Both the position numbers and the translations under genes were made by a program. A stretch of 64,000 bases of DNA from Candidatus Limnocylindria bacterium (GTDB lineage Bacteria; Chloroflexota; Limnocylindria; P2-11E), in assembly GCA_035651155.1 (NCBI GenBank), contig DASRGG010000028.1:55041-119040 (forward strand), read 5' to 3'. The notes below the pieces were generated by a model. It was not told the DNA's origin and searched no databases. It worked only from the letters and a program-made list of their open reading frames with translations. Every line of letters begins with the position of its first letter. The stretch's first letter is position 1. Positions 19,619 through 30,289 of this stretch are shown here, in pieces.

Positions 19619-21117
19619 CGGAGCGCCTCCTCGCCGCCGGCGCGCGCCCAGGGACTCGCGGCGCGCCCATCGACCGAGGCCGTCGCGCGACGGGGCCGCG
19701 TCGCGAGGACCGCCACGAGCGCGCCGGCGTGGATCGCGCTCTCCTCGAGCTCCGCGGCGTCCGGCGGCGGCCAGTGCGCCGCGACATATCCGGTGTCGTA
19801 CCGGCCGCTCGCGAAGTCCGGGTCGGCGAGCGCGTGCGCGTGGAAGGGAATGCTCGTCGGCAGGCCGGCGACGATCGTCTCCCGCACGGCGCGCCGCGCG
19901 CGCGAGAGCGCCTCCGCGCGATCGGCGCCCCACACGACGATCTTCGCGAGGAGCGGGTCGTACTCGGTGGGCACGCGCATCCCCTCGAAGAGCGCGTGGT
20001 CGACCCGCACGCCGGGCCCCGCGGGCAGCCGCAGCGCGCCGACGACGCCGCTCGCGGGCACGAAGCCGGCCCGCGCGTCCTCCGCGGTGACGCGCAGCTC
20101 GATCGCGGCGCCACGCGGCCGGACCTCCGCCTGCGTGAAGGGCAGCGGGTCGCCCGCGGCGACGCGGAGCTGCAGCGCCACGAGGTCGAGGCCGGTCGCG
20201 AGCTCGGTCACCGGATGCTCGACCTGCAGGCGCGTGTTCACCTCGAGGAACGAGAACGATCCGTCCTCCGCGACGAGGAACTCCGCCGTCCCGGCGCTGC
20301 GATACCCCGCGGCGCGCGCGATCTTCACCGCCGCGTCGCCGAGACGCGCGCGCAGCGCGGGATCCACGGACGGACCGGGCGTCTCCTCGATGAGCTTCTG
20401 GTGCCGGCGTTGCACGGAGCAGTCGCGCTCGCCGAGCCACACGACGTGACCGTGCGCGTCGGCGATGAACTGCATCTCGACGTGCCGGGCGTGCGCGACG
20501 AGCCGCTCGAGGAAGAGCGCCGGCGTCCCGAAGGCCGATGCCGCCTCGCCCGACGCCATGCGCCACGCGGCCTCGAGCTCGCCCTCGGAACGGACCGCGC
20601 GCATGCCCTTGCCGCCACCGCCGCCCGCGGCCTTCAGCATGACCGGGTAGCCGATCTTCGCGGCGGCCGCGCGCGCGTCGTCGAGGCCGCGCAGCGGATC
20701 GATCGTGCCTTCCGCCACCGGCACGCCCGCCTCGCGCGCGAGACGGCGCGCGCGCGTCTTCTCGCCGAGGAGACGCTGCACCGACGCGGGCGGTCCGACG
20801 AAGACCAGGCCCGCGCGCGCGACGGCGTCCGCGAAGTCCGCGTTCTCGGACAGGAACCCGTAGCCCGGATGGACGGCGTCGCAGCCGGCGCGCGTCGCGA
20901 CGGCGACGAGCTTCTCGACGGCGAGGTAGCTCTCCCGCGGCGCCGCGGGTCCGATCGGATACGCCTCGTCCGCGTACCGCACGTGCAGCGCCTCCCGGTC
21001 CGCGTCGCTGTACACGGCGACGGCGCGCATCCCGAGGTCGCGGCACGCCCGGATGATCCGCAGCGCGATCTCGCCGCGATTCGCGATGAGAACCTTCGTG
21101 AGCGGAGCCGTGGTCAC
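19615..21117 (-). CDS. accC: Biotin carboxylase subunit of acetyl/propionyl-CoA carboxylase
   Basis: (M)TTAPLTKVLIANRGEIALRIIRACRDLG...MLKAAGGGGGKGMR...EVNTRLQVEHPVTE. GTG start at 21117 by residue counting. Confidence 0.9.
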   Translation of the reverse strand: MTTAPLTKVLIANRGEIALRIIRACRDLGMRAVAVYSDADREALHVRYADEAYPIGPAAPRESYLAVEKLVAVATRAGCDAVHPGYGFLSENADFADAVARAGLVFVGPPASVQRLLGEKTRARRLAREAGVPVAEGTIDPLRGLDDARAAAAKIGYPVMLKAAGGGGGKGMRAVRSEGELEAAWRMASGEAASAFGTPALFLERLVAHARHVEMQFIADAHGHVVWLGERDCSVQRRHQKLIEETPGPSVDPALRARLGDAAVKIARAAGYRSAGTAEFLVAEDGSFSFLEVNTRLQVEHPVTELATGLDLVALQLRVAAGDPLPFTQAEVRPRGAAIELRVTAEDARAGFVPASGVVGALRLPAGPGVRVDHALFEGMRVPTEYDPLLAKIVVWGADRAEALSRARRAVRETIVAGLPTSIPFHAHALADPDFASGRYDTGYVAAHWPPPDAAELEESAIHAGALVAVLATRPRRATASVDGRAASPWARAGGEEALR

Positions 21118-21125
21118 GTCCCGCC

Positions 21126-22667
21126 TCAGAGCGGGATGTTGCCGTGCTTGCGTCGCGGGTTCGCGTCGCGCTTTCCCGCGAGCGACCGCAGCGCCGCGAT
21201 GAGCTTCGGCCGGGTCTCGTGCGGCTCGATGATGTCGTCGATGTAGCCACGCGACGCCGCGACGTACGGATTCGCGTACCGCTCGACGTACCGCGCGACG
21301 AGCGCGCGCCGCTCGGCATCCGCGTCCTTCGCCTTCGCGAGCTCGTCCCGGTACAGGATGTTCACGGCGCCCTCCGGCCCCATCACCGCGATCTCGGCGG
21401 AGGGCCACGCGACGTTGTAGTCGCCGCGGAGGTGCTTGCTCGACATGACGTCGTACGCGCCGCCGTAGGCCTTGCGCGTGATGACCGTCAGCTTCGGCAC
21501 GGTCGCCTCGGCGTACGCGTACAGCAGCTTCGCGCCGTTCCGGATGATGCCGCCATGCTCCTGCGCGATCCCCGGCAGGAAGCCCGGCACGTCGACGAAC
21601 GTCACGAGCGGGATGTTGAACGCGTCGCAGAAGCGGACGAAGCGCGCGGCCTTCGTCGAGGCGTCGATGTCGAGCACGCCCGCGAGGATCGTCGGCTGCT
21701 GCGCGACGACGCCGACGCTCTTTCCGTCGAGGCGCGCGAACGCGCAGATGATGTTCCGCGCCCATCCCTCGTGCACCTGGAGGAGCGCGCCGTCGTCGAC
21801 GACCCGGCGGATCACGTCGAGCATGTCGTAGGGCTTGCTCGCCGCCTCGGGCACGACCGTGTCGAGCTCGCGGTCCGCGCGATCGATCGGGTCGTCCGTC
21901 GGGACGACGGGCGCGGGATCGAGGTTGTTCGACGGTAGGTACGCGAGGAGGCGGCGCAGCAGGGCGAGGCACGACACCTCGTCGTCGGCCGCGAAGTGCG
22001 CGACGCCGCTCGTACGCGCGTGGACCTCGGCGCCGCCCAGCTCATCTTGCGTGACGTCCTCGTGCGTCACCGTCTTCACGACGTTCGGCCCGGTGACGAA
22101 CATGTACGAGGTGTCGCGCACCATCGCGACGAAGTCGGTGATCGCGGGCGAGTACACCGCGCCGCCCGCGCACGGCCCGAGGATCGCGGAGATCTGCGGC
22201 ACGACGCCCGAGGCGAGGACGTTGCGGAGGAAGATGTCGGCGTAGCCCCCGAGCGAGACGACGCCCTCCTGGATGCGGGCGCCGCCCGAATCGTTCAGGC
22301 CGACGATGGGCGCTCCGTTGCGGACCGCGAGGTCCATGACCTTGCAGATCTTCGCGGCATGCGCCTCGGCCAGCGAGCCGCCGAAGACGGTGAAGTCCTG
22401 CGAGAACACGTAGACGAGGCGTCCGTCGACGTGACCGAACCCCGTGACGACCCCGTCGCCCATGGCCCGCTCCTCGTCGGCGACGAGCTCGGACGAGCGC
22501 GCCAGGACGAAGGCGTCGAGCTCGGTGAAGGAGCCCTCGTCGAGCAGCAGCTCGATGCGCTCGCGGGCCGTGAGCTTGCCCTTCGCGTGCTGCTGCTGGA
22601 TGCGCTGCTCGCCGCCCCCCAACGCGGCCTTGCGCCGCATCTCCTCGAGCCGCTCGGTCGGACCCAC
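21126..22667 (-). CDS. pccB: Propionyl-CoA carboxylase beta chain (carboxyltransferase)
   Basis: 513 aa reading [47 protein letters not shown]...; full-length carboxyltransferase. Confidence 0.9.
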   Translation of the reverse strand: MGPTERLEEMRRKAALGGGEQRIQQQHAKGKLTARERIELLLDEGSFTELDAFVLARSSELVADEERAMGDGVVTGFGHVDGRLVYVFSQDFTVFGGSLAEAHAAKICKVMDLAVRNGAPIVGLNDSGGARIQEGVVSLGGYADIFLRNVLASGVVPQISAILGPCAGGAVYSPAITDFVAMVRDTSYMFVTGPNVVKTVTHEDVTQDELGGAEVHARTSGVAHFAADDEVSCLALLRRLLAYLPSNNLDPAPVVPTDDPIDRADRELDTVVPEAASKPYDMLDVIRRVVDDGALLQVHEGWARNIICAFARLDGKSVGVVAQQPTILAGVLDIDASTKAARFVRFCDAFNIPLVTFVDVPGFLPGIAQEHGGIIRNGAKLLYAYAEATVPKLTVITRKAYGGAYDVMSSKHLRGDYNVAWPSAEIAVMGPEGAVNILYRDELAKAKDADAERRALVARYVERYANPYVAASRGYIDDIIEPHETRPKLIAALRSLAGKRDANPRRKHGNIPL

Positions 22668-22702
22668 CGCGTGAGGATAGGTCCACGCCGACGAGCGGTC
22701 CT

Positions 22703-23830
22703 GTGCGCGGCGCGTGGCACAGTGCGCGCGTGCGCATCCTGCAGGTCGCGCCGTTCGTGGCGCCGCTCGAGGAACGTGAGGTCCAGCTCGGCGGCGCGCA
22801 GGTCGTCGTCAGCGAGCTCGCGCGGGAGCTCGCGCGTGCCGGGCACGAGGTGACCCTCGCGGCGGCGGAGGGGTCCGTCGTCGACGGCGTGCGGATCGCG
22901 CCGCTCCACGTCGACCCGGGCCGGCTGATACGTGCCGACCTCCGCGAGCGCGAGGGACGGCGCGCCGATGACCACGCGCAGCGCGACGCGTTCGGACGCG
23001 TGCGCGCCTGGATCGACGCCCACGCGGGCGAGATCGACCTGGTGCACGCGCACGCCTACGACGCCCCCGCGTTCGACCTGCTGCGCGGAGCGCCTCGCCC
23101 CGTCGTCCACACCCTGCACCTGCCGCCCAACGATCGCGAGGTCGTACGCGCGGCGGCATCGGCGCGCGATGCCTATCGGGTCACCGTGTCGGAGGCGAAC
23201 GCCCGAAGCTGGCGCGCCGCGGGCGTGGAGATCGCCGAGGTGATCCACAACGGGGTCGATGTCGCGTCGATCCCGCTGGGGACGCGGCGCGGCGCTCACC
23301 TCCTGTACGCCGGGCGCCTGTCGCCGGAGAAGGGCGTGGAGACCGCGCTCGACGTCGCCGAGCTGCTGGGCCGCGGCATCGTCCTCGTGGGCGGCGCGTA
23401 CGACGAGCGATACCACGCGAGCGCGATCGCGCCACGCGTGCGACGCGCGGCCGACGTCGGCGACGGGCCGATCCGTGACGCGGTCTATCTCGGCGCGCGG
23501 CCGCGCCGCGCGGTCTACGCGCTGATGGCGCGCGCCGCCGTCACGCTCCTGCCCGTGCGGTGGGACGAGCCGTTCGGGCTCGTCGCCGTCGAGTCACTCG
23601 CCGCGGGGACGCCGGTCGTCGGCTATCGACGCGGAGGCCTCGCCGAGATCGTCGACGACGAGGTCGGCGCGCTCGTCGCGCCGGACGACGTGGACGCGCT
23701 GGCGCGTGCGGTGGCGCGCAGCGCCGGGATCCCGCCGCTCGTGTGCCGCGGACGGGCGATGGCGTTCGACGTCACGACGATGATCGATCGCTACGCCGCG
23801 CTGTACCGGAGGCTCGTCGCGCGGACCTGA
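22703..23830 (+). CDS. Glycosyltransferase family 4 (GT-B fold)
   Basis: [14 protein letters not shown]...[29 protein letters not shown], the typical GT4 E-x7-E region. The start is GTG at 22703 or 22730. Confidence 0.75.
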   Translation: MRGAWHSARVRILQVAPFVAPLEEREVQLGGAQVVVSELARELARAGHEVTLAAAEGSVVDGVRIAPLHVDPGRLIRADLREREGRRADDHAQRDAFGRVRAWIDAHAGEIDLVHAHAYDAPAFDLLRGAPRPVVHTLHLPPNDREVVRAAASARDAYRVTVSEANARSWRAAGVEIAEVIHNGVDVASIPLGTRRGAHLLYAGRLSPEKGVETALDVAELLGRGIVLVGGAYDERYHASAIAPRVRRAADVGDGPIRDAVYLGARPRRAVYALMARAAVTLLPVRWDEPFGLVAVESLAAGTPVVGYRRGGLAEIVDDEVGALVAPDDVDALARAVARSAGIPPLVCRGRAMAFDVTTMIDRYAALYRRLVART

Positions 23831-23859
23831 GCGCGGCGGCGGCCGCGCGGGCGCTCAGC
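23827..23859. terminator. Candidate bidirectional hairpin between convergent genes
   Basis: Inverted repeat CTGAGCGC-N16-GCGCTCAG. Its arms contain the TGA stop of the GT4 gene and the TCA (TGA on the minus strand) stop of the NrfD-like gene. There is no U-tract. Confidence 0.35.
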
Positions 23860-24745
23860 TCTGGGCGCCGAAGATGACGAGCGCGCGCAGCGCCAGCACG
23901 CCGAGCAGCGCCACCAGCGCGCCCGCGGCCGGCGGCCAGGTCCGCATCGCGCCGGATCGCGCCACGAACGGCGCGGCCAGTCCGAGCACGATGACGATCC
24001 AGAGGAGGCCCCAGATCCCGAGGAGCTTGCCGACCGTCCCCGCGATCGCGACCGACGCGACGAAGAGCACGAGCAGGATCGCCTCGAGGATCACGAAGTT
24101 GCGGTCGGCCACCTCGAGACGCGCGGTCGTACCGGCGTCGACCTCGCGCCGCGAGCGAGCGAGCAGGAGCTGGAGCGCCGCGGAGCCCGCGAGCGCGGAC
24201 GCGAGGAAGAGACCTCCGAGCACCCAGCCCGCGTCGCTCCAGACCGCCTGATTCGAGACGGCGAGCAGGACGCCGGTGTAGCCCGCGACGAAGAGGCCGA
24301 GCCCCGCGCCGATGACGCTCCATACGGCGCCGGCGGTGCCGCGAAGCAGCCGCGCGAGGGGATCGAGCGCGCTGACCGCGCTCTCGCCGAGCGCGCCGAG
24401 GAACGACACGAACGAGAAGAGGCCGAAGCCGAGCAGCGCCCACGACCCGAGCGACATCGGCGACCAGTACTTGAAGGAGAGTCCGCCCTCGCTCGCGTCG
24501 ACGAGCATGTTCGTGAAGCGCAGCGGTGTCCCCAGGTCGGCGACGAGGAAGATCGGGCACGGGATCAGCGCGAGGAAGCCGACGATGAAGGCCGTCCGCG
24601 CGGCGCGCTGGTCCGCGGGCGATCCGACGAGCCGGATGAGCGCGCCGATCGCGTAGCTCCCGCCCGCGAGGCCACCGAAGAAGAAATACGCGAGGATCCA
24701 CCACTCCCAGTTCGGCGGGGCGGCGAAGTGCTCGGCACCGGTCAT
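23855..24745 (-). CDS. NrfD/PsrC-family polytopic membrane anchor subunit (formate dehydrogenase gamma)
   Basis: 296 aa, mostly hydrophobic with about 8 TM helices, in the NrfD-like family. The ATG overlaps the fdhB stop (ATGA). Confidence 0.75.
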   Translation of the reverse strand: MTGAEHFAAPPNWEWWILAYFFFGGLAGGSYAIGALIRLVGSPADQRAARTAFIVGFLALIPCPIFLVADLGTPLRFTNMLVDASEGGLSFKYWSPMSLGSWALLGFGLFSFVSFLGALGESAVSALDPLARLLRGTAGAVWSVIGAGLGLFVAGYTGVLLAVSNQAVWSDAGWVLGGLFLASALAGSAALQLLLARSRREVDAGTTARLEVADRNFVILEAILLVLFVASVAIAGTVGKLLGIWGLLWIVIVLGLAAPFVARSGAMRTWPPAAGALVALLGVLALRALVIFGAQS

Positions 24746-25569
24746 GGGCGCTTCTCCATATCGCTCATGCGGCTGCTCCGGAACGCGAGCACGCCGGCGA
24801 CGAGGCCGGCGACGGCGGTGACGGCGCCACCGAGGTATCCGGGCACGTTGTTCCGGCTCGGCAGCTTGGCGTTCTCCGCGTTCGGCAGGTCATAGGTCTC
24901 CGGCGTGTCCATGAGCAGGAAGAAGGCGTTGAGTCCGCCGTACACGGAGGCATCGCGCCCGTAGAGACGTGCCTGCTTGTAGCCGCCCTGCTGCAGCGCC
25001 GCCATGCGCCTGTCGGCCGCCGCGTGCAGCTCGTCGAGGTAGCCGAACTTGATGGATTCGGTGGGGCACGCCTTCGCGCACGCGGGCTGCATCCCGTTCT
25101 GCAGCCGGTCGTAGCACATCGTGCACTTGTGCGCGGTGCCGGTCTTCTCGTTGAAGCCGATGACGCCGTACGGGCAGGCCGAGATGCAGTCGCGGCAGCC
25201 GTTGCAGACGCTCTGCTGGATGAGGACGGTGTCGAACTCGGTGCGCACGATCGCGTTGGTCGGACACACCTCGAGGCAGGACGCCTGCTGGCAGTGCTTG
25301 CAGACGTCGGACATCATCAGCCACGCCTGGCCGCCGGCGATCGGCGTGGGCGTCGGGATGAAGCCCTTGTTGTCCGGGACCTTCTCGACGAACTGCACGT
25401 GCCGCCAGTTCTGCGCGTCGAGCCGTCCGGTGTTGTCGTAGTCGTCGCGGAACTGGATCGGATCGCCTTCGAGCTGGTTCCATTCCTTGCACGCGACCTC
25501 ACACGCCTTGCAGCCGATGCAAATGCTCGTGTCCGTGAAGAAGCCGACGGGCCGCGCTTCGATCGCCAT
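24742..25569 (-). CDS. fdhB: Formate dehydrogenase iron-sulfur (beta) subunit, 4x[4Fe-4S] ferredoxin type with a C-terminal TM helix
   Basis: MAIEARPVGFFTDTSICIGCKACEVACKEW...CKHCQQASCLEVCP...CNGCRDCISACP...CTMCYDRL...CAKACP, then the hydrophobic tail AVTAVAGLVAGVLAF. ATG at 25569. Confidence 0.88.
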   Translation of the reverse strand: MAIEARPVGFFTDTSICIGCKACEVACKEWNQLEGDPIQFRDDYDNTGRLDAQNWRHVQFVEKVPDNKGFIPTPTPIAGGQAWLMMSDVCKHCQQASCLEVCPTNAIVRTEFDTVLIQQSVCNGCRDCISACPYGVIGFNEKTGTAHKCTMCYDRLQNGMQPACAKACPTESIKFGYLDELHAAADRRMAALQQGGYKQARLYGRDASVYGGLNAFFLLMDTPETYDLPNAENAKLPSRNNVPGYLGGAVTAVAGLVAGVLAFRSSRMSDMEKRP

Positions 25570-25571
25570 CT

Positions 25572-26366
25572 TTAGTACCCCATCACGTTCCGCGCGATCT
25601 TCGCGTAGCCGCGCTCCGCGGCGGCGAGGTCGAGCGGGAGCGCGACGAGCTCGTCGACGAGCGGGACCGCTCGAGGGTCCTTGCGCATGTCGATGGTGAC
25701 CAGATAGGAACGGCAGGTGTCGCACGCGTCCGCTCGGAGATGCGGGAGGCGCGATTCGTCGGCCAGGACCGGCATCTTCCCGCCCTCCGTCTCGCGACAG
25801 CTCGCGCAGGTCATGCGCGCGTACGTCCATTCGCCGGCGCAGCGCGAGCAAACCAGGCGCCGCTGTCCGGTGAGGAGCGCCTCGGCGGTGTCGGTGAACA
25901 CCGCGAGCTGCGGCAGGCCGCCACAGCGCGGGCAGCGCCGCTCGTCGGCGTCGCCGGCCCGTAGCGTCGACGCGATCTCCGGGACGGCCTCGAGGATCGG
26001 AGCCGCGGCGCTCCGCCCGAGGAACGCGTCGGTCGGGCTCTGCTCGACGCCCCGGAGCCAGTCGGCGACGATCGCCTCGAGATCGCCGGAGTGGAACCGC
26101 AGCAGCACGGCCTCGCGCAGCGTCTCGGTGCCCGCGGCCATCGACGCATCCATCACCGCGGGCAGGCCCACGCGGGCCGCGTACGCCGGAAGGTCCGCCG
26201 CCCTCGGCCGATCGCTCGCTGCGCGGTCGAAGACGGAGGCCTGCGCCTCGGCCAGCGCGGCGTACAGGCGCAGGGGCTCCGCGGCGAATTCGTGACGCGG
26301 CGCGAGCTCGCGCGCGCGCTCGGCGCGCCGTGCGAACACGCTCGTCCGCTCGGCCAGGGCGGTCAC
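25572..26366 (-). CDS. fdhE: Formate dehydrogenase accessory protein FdhE
   Basis: 264 aa with CPRCGG...CSRCAGEW...CASCRE...CDTCRSYL, four Cys pairs as in the FdhE family. Confidence 0.85.
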   Translation of the reverse strand: MTALAERTSVFARRAERARELAPRHEFAAEPLRLYAALAEAQASVFDRAASDRPRAADLPAYAARVGLPAVMDASMAAGTETLREAVLLRFHSGDLEAIVADWLRGVEQSPTDAFLGRSAAAPILEAVPEIASTLRAGDADERRCPRCGGLPQLAVFTDTAEALLTGQRRLVCSRCAGEWTYARMTCASCRETEGGKMPVLADESRLPHLRADACDTCRSYLVTIDMRKDPRAVPLVDELVALPLDLAAAERGYAKIARNVMGY

Positions 26367-29300
26367 GAGATCTTCTCGATATTCACGAGGAACGCCTTGA
26401 ACTCGGGCGTCCGCGCATTCGAGTCACCGACGAACGGCGTCAGGGCATTCGCGAGCCAGTTCTTCGACAGCTCGGGATAGCGCTCCGCGGAGATGCCGAC
26501 GAAGCCCCAGTGGATCGGGATGCCGATCGTGTAGACCGTCTTGCCGGCGATCGTCTGCGGACCGAGGCGCTTGGTCACGAGTGCGGCGACCTCGAGCTTG
26601 CCCCGCGCGCTCGACACACGCACGCGGTCGCCGTTCTTGATCCCCTTCTCGCTCGCGAGCTCCTCGGGCACCTCGACGAAGGCCTGCGGCTGCAGGCCGA
26701 CGAGGAGCGGCACGTGCTGCGTCACGTAGTGCTCGTGCTCGGTGAGCCGGTAGCTCGTGGCGACGTAGGGATATTGGTCGACCTTGCCGAAGCGGTTCGG
26801 CCGTCCGGCGGCCTGGTCGTAGAGGAACGCGGTGGGCGACTCGGACTGGCCGGGATGCAGCGGGTTGAGCACCGGCGCCTCGATCGGCTCGTAGTGCTCC
26901 GGGAGCGGCCCGTCGTTCAGCGAGCTCGAGAAGAGCCGGCCCGTGCCCTCGCCGTTCATGATGAACGGGAGCCACGCCGCCGGATCCTTCGGGTTCATCG
27001 TCGGCGGGTAGTCCGGCACGTCACCGACCCAGGTGGTGCCGTCCCACTGGATGCCGGGGCGCTTGGGATCCCAGGGCTTGCCCTCGAGGTCCGCCGAGGC
27101 GCGGTTGTAGAGGACGCGGCGGTTCAGCGGCCAGGACCAGGCCCAACCCGGGTAGAAGCCCATGCCGGTCGGGTCGTTCTTCGCGGGATCCTGCACGCCG
27201 GCGCGCCGCTTCATGAGGTTGCCGGCATCGGGATAGCTGCCGGTGTAGATCCAGTCGCCCGCGGTCGTCGTGCCATCGGCCTTCAGCAGGCCGAAGGAGG
27301 CCATCTGCTTCCCGGTGGAGAGATCCTTCCCGTTGATCTCGCGCGCGATCTCGTCCATGGTCGGCTTCTTCGGATCGTCGAAGTCGACGGTCATCGCGAG
27401 GATCGGGTCCGGGAACTTGCCGCCGGACTGCCGGTACAGCGTCTTGATGCGGTCGAAGAGCTCCATGAAGATCCAGTGGTCGTGACGGGCCTCGCCCGCC
27501 GGCGGGATGACCTGCTCCTTCCACTGCGTCCAACGGCCGCTGTTGGTGAACGAGCCATCCTTCTCGATCCAGTGCGTCGTCGGGAGCATGAAGACCTCGG
27601 TCTGGATCTTCGCGGCGTCCATCCCCGGCGCGCGCCAGAACTCCGAGCTCGTGGTCGGCAGCGGATCCATGATCACGAGCCACTTCAGGTTCGAGAGCGC
27701 CTGCAGGACCTGGTTCGAGTCGGGGCCGATGCTCGTCGCGGTCATCCCGTTCAGGATGACGCCCTCCATCTTGCCCTTGAGGGCCTGGTCGTAGATGGAC
27801 ATCCACGACGAGTTCACCGCGGGCTTCGGGATGAAATGGAACGCGAACTCGTTGTCCTTCGTCGCCGCTCCGCGATACCACGCCTTCAAGAGGCTCACCA
27901 TGAAGCTGCGGTAGTTCGTGCCGAAGAAGTTCCAGGAATTGGGATCGCTCTTCTTCGGCGCGCTCGCCGCGACGTAATCGTCGAGCGTCTTCTGTCCCGG
28001 CGCCGGGATGCGCAGGTAGCCGGGGAGGATGTCCCAGGAGATCGCGTGATCGGTGTTCCCCTGGATGTTCGCGTGCCCGCGCTCGGCATTCATGCCGCCG
28101 CCCGGGCGGCCCATGTTCCCGAGGAGCAGCTGGAGGAGCGCTCCGGAGCGGATGAGCTGGGCACCGGTGGTGTGATGCGTGAGGCCGACGGCGTAGACGA
28201 TCGTCATCACCTTGTCCGGCTTCCCCATCTCGCCGACGATCCGCGCGACGTCGAGGAACTGGAGGATCGGGATGCCGGTGATGCTCGACACGACCTCGGG
28301 CGTGTACCGGCTGTAGTGCTTCTTCATGAGCTGGAACACCGAGCGCGGATCCTGGAGCGTCATGTCGCGCTTGGCCCGCGGCTGCGTCGTGCCCGCCGGG
28401 CCCGCCAGGGCGTCGCCCTCCGTCTCGTACGCCCAGGTGGAGATGTTGTAGGAGCGCGTCGCCTTGTCGTAGCCGGAGAAGAGGCCATCGGTGAAATCGA
28501 ACCCCTGCTTCACGATGAAGGAGGCGTTGGTGTAGTTCTTGACGTACTCATCGTGGTAGAGCCTGTTCTGGAGGACGTAGTTGATGAGCCCGCCGAAGTA
28601 GGCGACGTCGGTGCCGGTGCGGATGCGCAGGTAGGTGTCCGCGACCGCCGAGGTGCGCGTGTAGCGCGGATCGGCGTGGATGATCTTCGCGCCGCCGCCG
28701 TTCCCGGGTCCCTTCGTCGGGTCGAGCTTCGCCTTCACGAACCACTGGAAGCCGACCGGGTGCGCCTCCGCCGGATTCGCGCCATTGATGAGGATGACGT
28801 CGGCGTTCTTGATGTCACGCCAGTGGTTCGTCATCGCTCCCCGACCGAATGTGGCGGCCAAACTGACCACCGTGGGACCGTGTCAGACCCGAGCTTGCTG
28901 TTCTATGTGCACGATGCCGAACGTGCGCATCAGCTTCGTGGCGAGATACCCCTCTTCACTGCTGAATGCGGCGCCGCCGGCAAAGGCGATCCCCTCGGTG
29001 CGATTCACGACGTTGCCGTTCGCGTCTTGCGCCACGAACGTCCGGTCGCGCGAGTCCTTGAAGTTCTGGGCGATCTTGCCCAGCATGAAGTCCCAATCCT
29101 TCTCTTCCCACTTCGTGCTTCCCGGAGCGCGGTAGAGCGGCTTCTCCACCCGGCGCGAGCTCGTGGCGAGCTGCATCGCGGTGGCGCCCTTGGGGCAGAG
29201 ACGGCCTTCGTTGATCGGGCTGTCCGGATCGCCCTCGATCTGGAGCAGCCGCGTCTTCCCGCTCGCATCCTGCTTCGTGTAGGCGATGAGCCCGCAGCCC

Positions 29301-29476
29301 ACCGCGCAGTAGGGACACACGGAGTGGACTTCCTTCGCGCCGGCGAGCCGGAACTCCTGCTGGATCTTCTTCGCCGCGCGCAGATCGAACCCGAGCGGGT
29401 TCGCGAACGGGATCATCGCGAGACCGGCGCTGCCGGCGCCGGCCTTCAGAAGCTGACGGCGTGTGAGATCCGTCAT
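26363..29476 (-). CDS. fdhA: Formate dehydrogenase alpha subunit (molybdopterin, Tat-exported), selenocysteine-containing; the in-frame UGA is at 28883..28885
   Basis: ORFs 28883..29476 and 26363..28870 are in the same frame and are separated only by a TGA. The upstream part carries a Tat motif (TRRQLLKAG) and the Fe-S Cys cluster. Across the TGA the sequence reads ...IEQQARV-[TGA]-HGPTVVSLAATFGRGAMTNHW, which aligns to E. coli FdnG ...NQARVUHGPTVASLGPTFGRGAMTNHW. Confidence 0.85.
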
Positions 29477-29541
29477 GGCGTGGCGACTGTTGTACTCCGC
29501 CCGCGGCAGCAGTCAAGGGAAGACCGCGGTACTTTGCCGGC

Positions 29542-29829
29542 ATGAACGAGTTCTTCGCGTCGCTCGGCACGCGCTGGCACGAGGCCGCGAGGCGCCGGGG
29601 CGCGACGATCGAGGCGCCCGCCCTCGATCCCGCCGTGGCCGAGGAGCTGCTCCAGCTCGCGCGGGTCGTCGCGCACGCGAAGGAGCGGAGCTACGCGCCA
29701 CTCGCCAGCTTCACCGCAGGAGTGGCCGTGGAGCGGCTGCGCGCCGCGATGGCCCTCGACCCCGCGGCGGTGGCCGCGTACATCCGCGAGGTCCGCGAGG
29801 CGCTCGAGCGGGACCTCGGTGCCGGCTGA
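29542..29829 (+). CDS. Hypothetical small protein (95 aa)
   Basis: Divergent from fdhA. Composition is not obviously frame noise (MNEFFASLGTRWHEAARRRGATIEAP...). No family assigned. Confidence 0.35.
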   Translation: MNEFFASLGTRWHEAARRRGATIEAPALDPAVAEELLQLARVVAHAKERSYAPLASFTAGVAVERLRAAMALDPAAVAAYIREVREALERDLGAG

Positions 29830-30289
29830 TCCGGCGCCGCCGGCGCCGCGCATCGGCGTCCGGCTCACGCTCCCGGGCGATGCGGGCGAGCTCTTCGCGG
29901 ACGTACGCGCGCTCGAGGCGGCGAACGTGGATGCGCTGTGGGCCGATGCCGCCGACGCGGACCCCTACGTCGTCCTCGCGGCATGCGCGGCGGTCACCTG
30001 GCGAGTGGCGCTCGTGGCGTTCGGCGCGCCGAACGGCTCGGGTCGCGCGACGTGCGAGCTCCTCGCGCGCGGGCGGCTCGTGATCGCGGAGGACGCCGCG
30101 CGCTCCGGCGAGCGCTGGATCCGCCAAGGGTTCCCAGAGAGCAAGCTCGCCTGGCGCGAGGCGCGCGCCGCCGCGCTGAAGGATGGCGCGACCGGGATCG
30201 TGCTCCCGAACGATCCGCGCCTCTTGGATCTCCTGCGCAATCCCGACGTCGACGACGATCGCTCCGATCTGGACATCGCGGTCGGCTAG
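29819..30289 (+). CDS. Luciferase-like monooxygenase (LLM) class protein, short or truncated
   Basis: RIGVRLTLPGDAGELFADVRALEAANVDALWADAAD...VVLAACAAVTWRVAL resembles the N-terminus of F420/flavin-dependent LLM oxidoreductases, but at 156 aa it is about half the usual length. Confidence 0.35.
   Translation: MPADPAPPAPRIGVRLTLPGDAGELFADVRALEAANVDALWADAADADPYVVLAACAAVTWRVALVAFGAPNGSGRATCELLARGRLVIAEDAARSGERWIRQGFPESKLAWREARAAALKDGATGIVLPNDPRLLDLLRNPDVDDDRSDLDIAVG

Noticed and set aside
17991-20090. Long alternate-frame and opposite-strand ORFs throughout the window, for example 1872..3437+, 17991..20090+, 26330..29545+, 29938..31767+, 40089..42092+, 41891..44803+ and 11054..13690+
   Set aside because: They are R/A/G/P-rich low-complexity translations typical of non-coding frames in 70%+ GC DNA. 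Each overlaps a gene with clear homology on the other strand or in another frame.
26363-29476. Two separate proteins (197 aa and 835 aa) as drawn in the ORF track
   Set aside because: They share a frame across a single TGA, and the flanks align with the selenocysteine site of FdnG. I merged them into one selenoprotein gene.
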